Source of the DNA: a virus
Virus record (IMG/VR): IMGVR_UViG_3300036806_000149
Location: 20,778-84,777 of that record
DNA length: 64,000 bases
Strand: one strand, 5' to 3'
The notes under the pieces are model-generated. The model was not told the DNA's origin. It was given only the letters and a program-made list of their open reading frames with translations, and made no database searches. Position numbers and translations under genes: made by a program. This document shows, piece by piece, positions 18,180 to 28,223 of this stretch (within the stretch, counting starts at the first letter, position 1; each line of letters opens with the position of its first letter).

Positions 18180-19196
18180 TTACCGTCGCGACGCAGCCAG
18201 TGCAGTGTCCTGAATCTTGATCCTCAGATCGAGATCTTCGACAATCAGATCGCGCAGTGCCTGCTGACCATGCAGCTTGCGCTCACCATAGGCATACCGC
18301 CCCTTGGACGTCGTCTCGATGATCCCGTAGTGGCGGGCGGCCTTGATCAGCTCGAAGAGGTCATCGAACCGCATCGAGTCCAGATCGAGGCGCAGCGTGG
18401 CCGTGCGGAACGGACGGCACACGCGAGACTTCTCCACCCGGACCTTGATCTCCATCCCGTTGGGCTCGATCTGCCCCGACATCCCCTTGACCTGGTTGGC
18501 CTTCTCGTCGAGATCGCCCTCGGCGTTGCGCCACAGCCAACTGCCCTTCTTGAACACCACGCTCATCGAGGACTGGTGATCGAGGATGCGCCCGCCGGCG
18601 GGGTCCTCGCCGCCGGTCCGGAAGTTGACCCGGACCTGGTCGATCAGGATCACCGTATTGGCGCTCTGATCAAATCTTTCATTGAGGCGACGGAAAACTT
18701 TCCCCCAGGCACGAGCGTTGATCCCCGGCCGCCAGTCGCGCACGTCGGCGTTCAGCTCATCCTCGGAGACGGCGATCGAGCACGAGTCGATGATGTGGAA
18801 GTGGACCACGCCGAACAGCGCCTCCATCTTCTCCCCGATCTCCTCCACCGTGGTCCCCTCGACCAGCGTCAGCTCGTCGGTATCGAGCCCGATCATCTCC
18901 TTGGCGAACACCGGGTCATACTGCTTCTCGACGTTGTAGTAGGCGCACGTGAAGCCGAGCTTCTGAGCCTCACGGGCGCAGATCAGCGAGCGCAGCGTCT
19001 TGGTCGATGAGTAGCCCCCGTAGAAGCGCGTCCAGCGTCCCACCGGGATACCCCCGCCCATGGCCACGTCCAGCTCCAGCGAGCCGGTGGAGATCCGCGA
19101 GGGATGCTCCATGTCGTTGCCGCGCCGGATGCTGTCGGCGTACTTGCGGTTGATCCGGTTGACGATCTCCTGATACTCATCAGGATGCACGGGCAA
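18180..19196 (-). CDS. recA: RecA-like recombinase
   Basis: STGSLELDVAMGGGIPVGR; GGYSSTKT; IIDS; IDQVR; GGRILDH; KSRV. Confidence 0.92.
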   Translation of the reverse strand: MPVHPDEYQEIVNRINRKYADSIRRGNDMEHPSRISTGSLELDVAMGGGIPVGRWTRFYGGYSSTKTLRSLICAREAQKLGFTCAYYNVEKQYDPVFAKEMIGLDTDELTLVEGTTVEEIGEKMEALFGVVHFHIIDSCSIAVSEDELNADVRDWRPGINARAWGKVFRRLNERFDQSANTVILIDQVRVNFRTGGEDPAGGRILDHQSSMSVVFKKGSWLWRNAEGDLDEKANQVKGMSGQIEPNGMEIKVRVEKSRVCRPFRTATLRLDLDSMRFDDLFELIKAARHYGIIETTSKGRYAYGERKLHGQQALRDLIVEDLDLRIKIQDTALAASRR

Positions 19197-22100
19197 GCGC
19201 TTCCTCCTCTCGGGCCAGCTCTTCCATCAACGTCTCGATGCCGATCAGATCCGTGACCACGATCTGGACGTAGCCTTTCCACTCATCCTTCTTGCCGGCC
19301 ACGGAGATGATCTTGCCCACCTGGATGAGATCCTCGAACATCAGCAGCTCGTGCTCCCAGAGCTTGAGGTTGTACGAGTTGGTCCCGAACACGATCGTCA
19401 CGTTGGCAAACGGCGTCTTGCGCTTGGTCTGCTTGCGGACCAGCTTGGTGATCTCGCCGCCCACCGTGACCTCCTCGCCGTTGGCGGCCAGCTCGATCTC
19501 CTCGGAGCTGTAGCTATTATGTAGGATGAACTCCTGCTGTTCATCAGTCATAGACAAGGTGGACACGGGCAGGTTGAGCAGCGCGGCCTGACCTTGCATC
19601 AGCGCCAGCGGCGCGGGCTCGCCGGTGACCTCGGGGATCTCGCGCTGCTTCTTGATCTTCGTGTTGTGCTTGAGGTGCTCCCACACGGTCCACGAGACCG
19701 CCCTCTTGGAGCCCACCTTGGGCACCGTGGAGAGCATGTAGGCGCGCTCAGCCAGCTCGTCACAGGCTCCGGATTCGATCAGCGGCTTGTGCGGGATCGC
19801 CACCGCCATCACCTCCTCGATCGAGTGAAACGGCCGCAGCTTGAGAATCTTTTCGGCCGCCTGGCCGCCGACGCCCTTGATCGCCATCAGCCCCAGCACG
19901 AGCCGGCCCTCATCGTCCACCGTATAGCCCGCATCAGAAGCGTTGATGTCGGGCATCACGATCTCGATCCCCAGCAGCTTGGCCTCGCGCAGCGCCGACT
20001 TGCACTTCTCGTCGTCGTCCTCGTAGGTGAGAAACGCGGCGTAGAACTCGGCCGGGTAGTTGGCCTTGAGGTACATGTCCTGGTACGCCTGGAGCGCGTA
20101 GCAGGCCGAGTGGGACTTATTGAAGCCGTACTGCCCGAACCCCAGCAGCTTGTCCCAGATCTCCTGGGCCAGCGGCCGGGGGATGTCTCGCGCGTCGGTG
20201 CCGGCGAACCACTTGGCCTCATAGCGGCGCATGAAGTCCTGGGCCACCGTGCCGCCCCGGATGCGGTACAGCTTGCCCATCGCCTTGCGCATGTCGTCGG
20301 CCTCGCCCCCGGAGAAGCCCCCGAGCTGCTTGGCCACCTCCATCACCTGCTCCTGGTAGGCGATCAGACCGTGAGTCTCAGACAGCACCGGCTCGACCAG
20401 CGGGTGCCAGTACTCGAAGTCCTGATGGCCGTGCTTGCGCTTGGCGTAGTCCCAGGTCACCCCGCCCTTCATCGCGCCGGGGCGATACAGCGCGTTGGCG
20501 GCGGTCAGATCGAGCGCGTAGGAGGGGTGGATCTCGCGGAGGAGGTTGGTGATCCCGCGCGAGCCGAACTGAAAGATTCCGGTCGTGTAGCCGTCACAGA
20601 AGCGCTCCATCACGACGGCCTCGACGGCCTCGGGGTCGCGCAGGGCATCGAGCTTGTTGAGATCGATCCACTCACCGGTGCGCTCCAGGATGAGCTGGCA
20701 GGCGTACTCGTGCTTGGACAGCCCGGTGATCCCCAGACAGTCGAGCTTGACGAAGCCGTGATCCGAGACGGCGGGGAAGTCGGCGGCGTCAGACCACGAG
20801 GTGACCAGATCGCCCTTCTTACCCCGCTCCAGGGCCATGTACTCGTTGACCGGACCGGGGGTGATGATGATCCCGGCGGCGTGCTTGCCAGCGTTGGCCA
20901 CGAGCCCTTCGAGCGCCAGGGCGTGCTTCCACAGCTCGGGATAGGCGTCGCGGAAGGCCGTCAGCGTGTCGTTGATCGGGATCAGCTCCTCCAGCTTGGT
21001 GGCCTCGGAGTCCTGGCGAATGTCGATCGTGTCGGTGACCTCCTTGGCGTCCATCCAAGGAACGTCGAACACCCGGCACAGATCCTGGATCACCTTGCGT
21101 GGCTGGAAGGTGGAGTGGGTGATGATGTCGGCGACGTGATCCTGCCCATAGCGTTTCGCCAAGTACGCCTTCACCTCGGCTCGGCGCTCGGAATCGAAGT
21201 CGAGATCGATATCTGGGAGCCCCTTACGGGTGGGGTTGAGGAAGCGCTCGAACAACAATCCGTAGCTGATCGGGTCAATGGCGGTGATCCCTATCAAATA
21301 GGAGATCAGACAGCCGGCGGCTGAACCCCGCCCCAAGCCCACACGGATGCCCTGAGACTTGGCCCAGCGGCATACATCGCCTACCATCACGAAGTAGTCG
21401 ATCACGCCCTTGGCCAGGAGCATTTCCCACTCGGAATTGGCGCGCTCGACGTAGAGATCGTACGACCACTTCTCCCAGTGCTCGGGCGGATATTCTTCAC
21501 GCAGCCGCTTCAGGCCCTCAGAAATCCAGGTCTGGAGCGTGGTTGCGCTCTCCTGTGGGGACTCAGAAACTTTCGGCAGCTTGTTCGAGCGATCGAGCAG
21601 AAACGGCGACGTGCGCTGGACGAACACCGTGGTGTTGGCGATCGCCTCATCGACGACGCCGAGCGAAATTCTCGGATGGTGCTTCTCGAACCACAGGCGC
21701 ATCTCCTCCTCGTGGGCGAGGTAGAGCGTCGGCGTCAGCTCGGCTAGATAGCCGGCCTTGCCACACTCGATGTCCTTGGCGACCTGCTTGAGCGAGGAGT
21801 TCTCGCCCATGATCTTGGCGATTCGCTGAGTCTCAGCAAGTTCTCGGATCGGGAAGTGGGCGTCGTTGGTGGCCAGCAGCGGGATCGAGCGCTCCTGCGC
21901 GATCGACACCAGCTCGACGTTGAGCGTGCGCTGGTCATCGAAGTCATGCGGCATCAGCTCGACCCAGAAGTCGTCGCCGAAAAGATTCAGCATCCGCGAG
22001 ACGTAGTCCTTGACCGCGACGCTATCGCCGCCCTTGACCAGATGCGCGAGCCACGAGGAGAAACAGGCCGAGGAAGCCACCAGCCCGTCCCGATGGCGCT

Positions 22101-22485
22101 CCAGCAGCTCGTCATCGACGCACGGATACTGGTAGAAGCCGCCGCCGTCCTCGACCTCGGCGAAGGCTTCGGAGACGAGCCGAAGCAGGCTGTGCCAGCC
22201 CTTCAAGTTCCTGGCGTAGAGACACAGATGCCACGCCCGGCGATCCTTGAAGCGCTTGGCCAGCTTCCGGTTGGGCCTGTAGTAAGCCTCCACACCGACT
22301 ATAGGAAGGATGTGTACGTCTCTACACGCCTTGATGTGGTGAAGCGCACCAGACATGGTGCCATGGTCGGTGAGTGCCAGCGCACCCTGACCAAGCTGGG
22401 CGGCCCTGTCGGCGTACTGCTTGGCTGTACCTATGCCATCCAGGCGACTGTACTCAGAGTGGCGATGCAGATGTACGAAGCTCAT
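19180..22485 (-). CDS. dnaE: DNA polymerase III alpha subunit
   Basis: HLHRHSEYS PHP domain; GRGSAAG; FERFLNP; PDIDLDF; GKHAAG; KLDCLG; YGFNKSHS; C-terminal OB fold. Confidence 0.97.
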   Translation of the reverse strand: MSFVHLHRHSEYSRLDGIGTAKQYADRAAQLGQGALALTDHGTMSGALHHIKACRDVHILPIVGVEAYYRPNRKLAKRFKDRRAWHLCLYARNLKGWHSLLRLVSEAFAEVEDGGGFYQYPCVDDELLERHRDGLVASSACFSSWLAHLVKGGDSVAVKDYVSRMLNLFGDDFWVELMPHDFDDQRTLNVELVSIAQERSIPLLATNDAHFPIRELAETQRIAKIMGENSSLKQVAKDIECGKAGYLAELTPTLYLAHEEEMRLWFEKHHPRISLGVVDEAIANTTVFVQRTSPFLLDRSNKLPKVSESPQESATTLQTWISEGLKRLREEYPPEHWEKWSYDLYVERANSEWEMLLAKGVIDYFVMVGDVCRWAKSQGIRVGLGRGSAAGCLISYLIGITAIDPISYGLLFERFLNPTRKGLPDIDLDFDSERRAEVKAYLAKRYGQDHVADIITHSTFQPRKVIQDLCRVFDVPWMDAKEVTDTIDIRQDSEATKLEELIPINDTLTAFRDAYPELWKHALALEGLVANAGKHAAGIIITPGPVNEYMALERGKKGDLVTSWSDAADFPAVSDHGFVKLDCLGITGLSKHEYACQLILERTGEWIDLNKLDALRDPEAVEAVVMERFCDGYTTGIFQFGSRGITNLLREIHPSYALDLTAANALYRPGAMKGGVTWDYAKRKHGHQDFEYWHPLVEPVLSETHGLIAYQEQVMEVAKQLGGFSGGEADDMRKAMGKLYRIRGGTVAQDFMRRYEAKWFAGTDARDIPRPLAQEIWDKLLGFGQYGFNKSHSACYALQAYQDMYLKANYPAEFYAAFLTYEDDDEKCKSALREAKLLGIEIVMPDINASDAGYTVDDEGRLVLGLMAIKGVGGQAAEKILKLRPFHSIEEVMAVAIPHKPLIESGACDELAERAYMLSTVPKVGSKRAVSWTVWEHLKHNTKIKKQREIPEVTGEPAPLALMQGQAALLNLPVSTLSMTDEQQEFILHNSYSSEEIELAANGEEVTVGGEITKLVRKQTKRKTPFANVTIVFGTNSYNLKLWEHELLMFEDLIQVGKIISVAGKKDEWKGYVQIVVTDLIGIETLMEELAREEEALARAS

Positions 22486-22670
22486 CTGCCGCGACCACCT
22501 CTATCCGCATCGTCATCCAGGATCGTCACCATCCGCGCAGCGATCGGCTCCAACACCTTGGCCAGCGCGATCAGCCCGTAGCCCACGGCCTGGCCGGCCT
22601 TGACTTCAGCCGACTGCACTGAGCCGCCGAGCTGGTCGATCTTTTGCTCCATCTCATCGAGCAGGTTCAT
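22482..22670 (-). CDS. Small hypothetical protein
   Basis: ORF track; ATGA overlap with dnaE. Confidence 0.55.
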   Translation of the reverse strand: MNLLDEMEQKIDQLGGSVQSAEVKAGQAVGYGLIALAKVLEPIAARMVTILDDDADRGGRGR

Positions 22671-22782
22671 TGCCCGTCCGTCTTCTGAGAGTCAGAAAAT
22701 GACCGAATGTGGTGAATCATGCCCGGGCATCATCGCAGACACCGCACCCCAGAGATAGAGCGCGGTGTCATGCGAGATCGGC

Positions 22783-23148
22783 TCAGGCGGCGGAGAGCTT
22801 GACCTTGGTCTTGGTCTGGATGTCCGCCGTGACGCGCGCCAGGTTGCGGTTGGGAACCACGACGAAGGTGATTCCCTGAGCGTCATAAGTTCCGTGCTGC
22901 TCGCGCATGTCCTCGATGTACGCCTCGATCGCCTCGCTGGCGTTACGACCTTCGTACTTGCCCAGAATCTTCAGCGTGCCATCTTCGTCCTCGTTGAAGA
23001 CGTGGTAGAGCGCCTTGCCTCGCCCGTTGGTTGCCGGCTGCTGACGAGCCGGCGTACCCCGAGCGTTCTTTCGAGTGGGACGCTTGCGCGTCGAAGCGGT
23101 TGCCGTGTTGGCCATTGATCTGTCCTGTTCTAGAGAAGTTGAACTCAT
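22783..23148 (-). CDS. Hypothetical protein
   Basis: ORF track. Confidence 0.6.
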   Translation of the reverse strand: MSSTSLEQDRSMANTATASTRKRPTRKNARGTPARQQPATNGRGKALYHVFNEDEDGTLKILGKYEGRNASEAIEAYIEDMREQHGTYDAQGITFVVVPNRNLARVTADIQTKTKVKLSAA

Positions 23149-23879
23149 GTTCGGTTACGCATGAAGGGATTGACCCGCTGCGTAGGTTGGGAATTTCCAC
23201 CCTGGCCGTGGCCGGCGTCATTGCCGCCAACGGCATGACCGAGATCTTTGAGGAAGTCCTCATAGGAACCGGGCGTGACCTGCGGAGTCAGGTCGTTCTT
23301 CTCCGCCGCCAGCTTTTCTTCCTCCTCGGTCATCTCCTGCGCGCCGGAATCAACGTCCTCCGGTGCGATGTGGTACTTGGTGTCCAACTTCTCACCCTTG
23401 CGCTTGATCTTGAAGCGCCGCGAGCGCAGCCCCCGATAGTTGACGTTGATCTCATCCAGCTCCTCGAAGAGCCGAATGCCAGACACCCAGACGGCCACCT
23501 GGGGCTTGCGGGAGATGATGACCGGGTCTCCCACCCGGTCCTTCACGATCCGGTTGTTCGAGTCGCGCTTGAATACCGGGGCGTCGAACCAGATGAGGTT
23601 GATGAAGCCCTGGAAGCGACGGGGTAGATCGCGCTCGCAGCCGGGGCACGGTGTCCCGTCGCGCTCCTGATCGAGACACGGGACGTTGCGGCCGAACTGC
23701 CGGCCCTCCACCGGAATCTCGTGCATCTGAGCCCAGTGAATATCGTCGTCCTGCTCTAAGAAGCGAACGATGGCCTCGTCTCCGGAACGGATCTGAAAGC
23801 GGAGATATCCTCCGCCTTGCGCGCGCCGAGCCTCTACTTCAGCCGACGCTTCGCGTACTCCAGCGAACCCTCTTGGCAT
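23145..23879 (-). CDS. Single-stranded DNA-binding protein (gp32-like, Zn-binding)
   Basis: IVRFL...H...CL...CPGC; FKIKRKGEKLDTKY; next to the primase. Confidence 0.75.
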   Translation of the reverse strand: MPRGFAGVREASAEVEARRAQGGGYLRFQIRSGDEAIVRFLEQDDDIHWAQMHEIPVEGRQFGRNVPCLDQERDGTPCPGCERDLPRRFQGFINLIWFDAPVFKRDSNNRIVKDRVGDPVIISRKPQVAVWVSGIRLFEELDEINVNYRGLRSRRFKIKRKGEKLDTKYHIAPEDVDSGAQEMTEEEEKLAAEKNDLTPQVTPGSYEDFLKDLGHAVGGNDAGHGQGGNSQPTQRVNPFMRNRT

Positions 23880-23936
23880 CTCGGTCTCCTTGGGTGTTGT
23901 TTGGGCTGGGGTTGTTTTGGGTGATTTATTGAGATC

Positions 23937-25022
23937 TTAGGATCGCACCCTGATCTTAGCTTCACTCTGCGCCAAAGTCCAGGGCTTTGCACGACCAATG
24001 ATGTCTTCCAGCTCGAATGTGTCGAGATCCATGGCGTCGCTCTCATGTTCACCAACGACGTGGACTGAGACAAACGGCTTGAGCTGATCGACCGCACCGC
24101 GATGTTTCCGGTTCTGAGCATCGATCCATCCCCAAGTCGCCATCTCACCAGCTTTATCTGAGTCCAACATGAGAATCGCCCGCTCGGTCAGCTCCCGAAT
24201 GATTCTGGCGTGATGTTCGGTGAAGTTCGAACCGTTGATGGCCACCGCCGGAGATTTGAGCTTGGTGACGACGGCGATCGCGTTCCACTCGCCCTCGACG
24301 ACGATCAGCTCCTTGATCGACGACTCGATGCGATGCGCCCCATAGACCACGCGGCTGTTGAAGTAGCAGGGCCAGCCGTAGCGGTGGCCTCGACCCGGAG
24401 AGTCTCCCAGCACGAGGTACTTGGGCCGCCGGCCATCGACCGACCGCGCCTTGAAGCCCACCAGACGGCCTCGCTCGTCGCGTACGGCGAAGGTAATCCG
24501 GTCACTGAGCGAATCCCAACCGAACTCCCAGTTCGCCAGCGTCTCGGGCGCAAAGCCGCGCTCGAACACGTAGTCACACGCGGGATCGCTCTCCCACCCC
24601 GGCGTCTGCCAGGCCATCCACGCCTCGGGCCAGTTGACCGCAAACCGTTCGAGCGCCGACTCGTCGAGCAGCGGCTGGGCCGGCACGAAGACCGGCTCTC
24701 GCTCCAGAATCTTTCTTACCTCGGCCACCGTGTTGCGCGCGTCGGGGTTGATGAAGCCCGGCTGATAGCGCTCCTTGAGCATGCGGGTCGCTTCCAGTGG
24801 CGAGATCTGAAGCAGATGCGCGGTGAAATCTGAAGCTGTACCAGCAGCCTTGCACTTATAGCAGAAGAATGCAGTGGTGTCGGTGTTCATCGAGAGCGTG
24901 TTGTTGTCGCCATCGTGAAACGGACACGGCATGCGAATCTCGTCGCCGCGAGCCATCTCGAAGTCGAGATCCAGGCAGTCGAGCATGTCCTCGACATCTA
25001 CATGGGAGATCCACTCAGTCAC
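23937..25022 (-). CDS. dnaG: DNA primase (CHC2 zinc finger plus Toprim)
   Basis: CPFH...CYKC; GFKAR...PKY; VEGEWN; LDSDKAG. Confidence 0.9.
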   Translation of the reverse strand: MTEWISHVDVEDMLDCLDLDFEMARGDEIRMPCPFHDGDNNTLSMNTDTTAFFCYKCKAAGTASDFTAHLLQISPLEATRMLKERYQPGFINPDARNTVAEVRKILEREPVFVPAQPLLDESALERFAVNWPEAWMAWQTPGWESDPACDYVFERGFAPETLANWEFGWDSLSDRITFAVRDERGRLVGFKARSVDGRRPKYLVLGDSPGRGHRYGWPCYFNSRVVYGAHRIESSIKELIVVEGEWNAIAVVTKLKSPAVAINGSNFTEHHARIIRELTERAILMLDSDKAGEMATWGWIDAQNRKHRGAVDQLKPFVSVHVVGEHESDAMDLDTFELEDIIGRAKPWTLAQSEAKIRVRS

Positions 25023-26263
25023 TACTCGCCACTGACGCGCTTGAACCGATCACCCATGATCTCTTCGCGGAAGTGCTGTTTGTCGTGATCCCAGACGGCA
25101 TAGAACCGACCCAGCTTCCCGTCGCGATTCTTGTTCAGGCGGATCTCCATCCGCTTGGCCTTGTGCATCTCCTCATCGGCGTGCAACCCGATCACGATGT
25201 CGGGGTCCTGAATTGCTGAGATCGAGTAGGCGATGTTGTCCAGCTCCGCGCCCTCCTTGGACGCGGAGCGGTTGGTCTGAGCGGCGGCGATGATCGGGAT
25301 CTTCAGAGTGCGAGCGTTCTGCTTGAGATCCTGGGTGATCTCACCCAGCGTCTGCCACAGCTTGCTGCCTCGGGCCGCCCGGGCAGATCTCATGAGACTT
25401 AGATAATCGATGAAGACCACGTCGGGTTTGTGTCTGATCATCTCGGAGAAGATGTGATCAGCCGTGCAGCCCCGCAGCGAGTCGATCACGGTGATGTCGC
25501 AAGGCTTATGAGTGATCTGGTCAGCCGCCACCCGCCAGTCAGCCAGCGAAACTTCTTCCAGTTCGAGGTGTTTGAGCTTCCAGTAGTCGATCCCGGTGGC
25601 CATCGCATCCCAGCGCCGCATAATCACCCGACGCTCCATCTCCAAGGAGATGAACAGCGGGTTGAAGCCCCTCATCCACATGTTGTAGGCCATCACCATC
25701 AGCAGGGTGCTCTTGCCCAGGCCCGAGAAGCCGGCCACGGTGGCGAACTCGTGGGGCTGAATGCCGCCGGTCCAGTCGTCCAGCGAGCGAAATCCGAAGG
25801 GCACGCCCAACTTGCGGCCCTCCTGCTTGGTCTGTTCGTACTCGACAATCCGCGAACCCATGTCCTTGAAGCGAGCCACCTCGGACGTCGGCACCTGCAT
25901 CGCGAGCTGCCGAACCAGTTCGAACACCTCTAGAACGATCGTCTCCCCGGAGTCGAGGTCGTCGGCGCGCTCGGCGATCTGCACGGCAAAGTCCTGGGTG
26001 TAGCGCCGGTTGACCACGCCCACGAACTTGTCGAGCAAGTACTCCAGGGGCTCCTCGGGATACAGGAACTCCCACTGCGGCCGATCGGCCTTGATCACCT
26101 CTTTGGTGGGCGGATCGTTGTAGCGCCGCCAGTAGGTGAGCAGGTAGTCGTACATCTCCCGGCACGACTCGTCAGCGAAGTGCGCGAGGTCGATGCGCGA
26201 GACGGCCTCCTCCAGCCTCCCGGTAGAGATCAGCTTCGAGATCAAGCTGCGCTCAATGTCCAT
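25022..26263 (-). CDS. dnaB: DnaB-like replicative helicase
   Basis: GFSGLGKS; SLEM; IDYL; AAAQTNR; KNRDG. Confidence 0.92.
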   Translation of the reverse strand: MDIERSLISKLISTGRLEEAVSRIDLAHFADESCREMYDYLLTYWRRYNDPPTKEVIKADRPQWEFLYPEEPLEYLLDKFVGVVNRRYTQDFAVQIAERADDLDSGETIVLEVFELVRQLAMQVPTSEVARFKDMGSRIVEYEQTKQEGRKLGVPFGFRSLDDWTGGIQPHEFATVAGFSGLGKSTLLMVMAYNMWMRGFNPLFISLEMERRVIMRRWDAMATGIDYWKLKHLELEEVSLADWRVAADQITHKPCDITVIDSLRGCTADHIFSEMIRHKPDVVFIDYLSLMRSARAARGSKLWQTLGEITQDLKQNARTLKIPIIAAAQTNRSASKEGAELDNIAYSISAIQDPDIVIGLHADEEMHKAKRMEIRLNKNRDGKLGRFYAVWDHDKQHFREEIMGDRFKRVSGE

Positions 26264-26264
26264 C

Positions 26265-26495
26265 TCAGTCCTCGACGGTCATCGCGTACTGGCGATCGCG
26301 GCCCTTGACGGTGAGCCGGTGGCCCACCAGCAGACGCCGGGGAACATCGAGCCGGTTGCCGCTCTCGGGCAGGTACATCTCGCCGTCGATGATCACCATC
26401 CCCAGCACGATCTGCTCGCGGGCGACGGACTGAGACATGCCGAATTCCTCGGCCAGCAGAGCTGGGAGATAGATGGACTCATCGGGCTCGGGCAT
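26265..26495 (-). CDS. Stand-alone S4-like RNA-binding domain protein
   Basis: LPALLAEEFGMSQSVAREQIVLGMVIIDGE fits the S4 alpha-L pattern (S.S.AR..I..G.V..DG). Confidence 0.6.
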   Translation of the reverse strand: MPEPDESIYLPALLAEEFGMSQSVAREQIVLGMVIIDGEMYLPESGNRLDVPRRLLVGHRLTVKGRDRQYAMTVED

Positions 26496-26527
26496 ACCTA
26501 TCTCCTGAATCTCAGAAAGTTTCTGGT

Positions 26528-26998
26528 CTAGCCTCCGTTGGGGGCGAGCTGATCCTGGATCGACTCCATGACCAGATTCCGCTGCACCGAGACGACGTCG
26601 CCTTCGACGATCTCGGCGAGCTGATTCAGCGCCGCTGCCATGTTCTCACGTTGGACGTCGGTGAAAGGAGCCGGCGCATCGGGGTCGATGTAGGTGATGA
26701 TCTGGCAGGGGCCGACGCTCACGTTGGCGTACTGGCCGGTGGGGATCAGTTCGGACGCCGTCATCGTGATCCGGACCATCGGCCGGCCGTCGCTGGTCCG
26801 GGGCCAGCCGTCGCTCACCGTCTCCTGCTGCTTCTCGGCCTGCTTGGCGGCAGTTTCAGCTTTGCCCCGGCTCTGCGTGTCCTGATTGCCGATGGACTTG
26901 GCCTGACGCGGGTTGGCGCGGGCGGGCTTGCTAGCAGCGGGCTCCTCTGCTGCCTTGGGCTTGGCCTTGGAACCGGGACGCTGTCGGGCTGCTGGCAT
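26528..26998 (-). CDS. Hypothetical protein
   Basis: ORF track; GGAG RBS. Confidence 0.65.
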   Translation of the reverse strand: MPAARQRPGSKAKPKAAEEPAASKPARANPRQAKSIGNQDTQSRGKAETAAKQAEKQQETVSDGWPRTSDGRPMVRITMTASELIPTGQYANVSVGPCQIITYIDPDAPAPFTDVQRENMAAALNQLAEIVEGDVVSVQRNLVMESIQDQLAPNGG

Positions 26999-27015
26999 GG
27001 TTGGCTATCTCCCCA

Positions 27016-27486
27016 TCAGAATCGAGACGACTTCGAGTACTTGGGCTTGACCGGCTTACGCGAGGAACGATCTACGCGCGAGCGCGCGTCATCGGGATTG
27101 CGAGGACGAGCGGCAGTGCCACCACGCCCGGTGATCGGCTTGGGCGAGTTGTGGCCGGTCTTCTTGTTCTCACGCGGCTTGCGCATGTTCTCAACGGCCT
27201 CAATGACCTTGGCATCGGTCGGGTTGTAGTAGGGAAGCCCCTTACCCGGCCAGCGCTCGGTCTCCTTGAGCCACTCCTTGAGACCCTCTACCTGAGATTC
27301 AGTCCAATACCGCCATCCCCGATGGCCGCGCTGAGGACGGAGATTCACGGGCAACACGCCGAGCTGCTCCCACTTGCGCAGCGTGGCCATCCGCCGGTCG
27401 AGGATCTCGGCGACCTCGCGGATGTAGATGTGCTGCTCCTCCTCCGGAGCTTCCTCGGGGGCGGGTTTCGGCCGTTTCGGGGACAT
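27016..27486 (-). CDS. MerR-family HTH DNA-binding protein
   Basis: YIREVAEILDRRMATLRKWEQLGVLP...RGWRYWT. Confidence 0.8.
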   Translation of the reverse strand: MSPKRPKPAPEEAPEEEQHIYIREVAEILDRRMATLRKWEQLGVLPVNLRPQRGHRGWRYWTESQVEGLKEWLKETERWPGKGLPYYNPTDAKVIEAVENMRKPRENKKTGHNSPKPITGRGGTAARPRNPDDARSRVDRSSRKPVKPKYSKSSRF

Positions 27487-27504
27487 GATGAGATCTTACC
27501 TCAA

Positions 27505-28171
27505 GCGGAAGATCGGAAAGCCCGACCGCCTCGATATCACCGCCAGGGAAGAACGATGAACCGGCCGCAGACGATCGGGCTTTCGCCGCGCGAGCCCCCG
27601 CACCGGAGAGAGTGGCGTGAAGGAGCCGAGAGTCTACAGCTCCCCAGAAAGACGAAACCCCGACTCGATCAGCAGGTCCGAGACGGGGCTTCGCTATGGG
27701 GTGACGTCTTCAAGCCCGACAACGCACGCGGGGGCGTGATAGGCTGCCGGTCGTTAGCCAAGAAGACGTGAGGATTGTAGCAAATCCTCGTGCAGATTGG
27801 AGTTGCTCTGTAGCAACACAACGCTCAATCTCTGAACGATCAGCAGGCACCGCATCATGGGACGCGCTGGCGTAGAGGCGGTGACGTGACTCGGAAGCGA
27901 ATGGGACAGGCGGGCAAGCCGACAGCCGCCAGGTCGCGGAGAGAGCGTTGGGGCTTGGGAGGGCGAGAGAGAGCTTATATACGCTGTAGCTACAACCCTC
28001 TCCAGGGACAGGCGGGATCTGCCCGGAAGCGAAGCCTATGGCGAGAGGGCTAAAAGATCTCAAACCCATGAAACTCAGGTGATAAGGTGCCTGCCACTCT
28101 AATAATCAGGAGCGGCAGACGCCATGGCGACACCGCTCCCAGGCCACAGGAGGCGCTACTCCCATGACCTC
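27505..28171 (-). ncRNA. Candidate long structured non-coding RNA (alternatively a replication origin)
   Basis: Gap with no convincing ORF and many stems; upstream TATAAT box on the minus strand; G-U wobbles favour the minus strand. Confidence 0.35.
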
Positions 28172-28189
28172 CAAGGGATTATACCCTTG
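28172..28189 (-). promoter_or_regulatory. Consensus -10 box TATAAT (minus strand) enclosed by an inverted repeat
   Basis: Plus strand reads CAAGGG-ATTATA-CCCTTG. Confidence 0.5.
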
Positions 28190-28223
28190 CATTTTTGTGC
28201 ATTGCATCACGTAACTACGTGCA

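Noticed and set aside
9486-21324. Long plus-strand ORFs antisense to portal, terL, recA and dnaE (and similar ones at 54802-56250 and 60142-61398)
   Set aside because: These are shadow ORFs expected from high-GC codon bias, and they show no recognisable motifs.
19180-22485. Intein or intron in dnaE, dnaB, recA or terL
   Set aside because: Lengths are normal, reading frames are continuous, and no intein-terminal motifs were seen.
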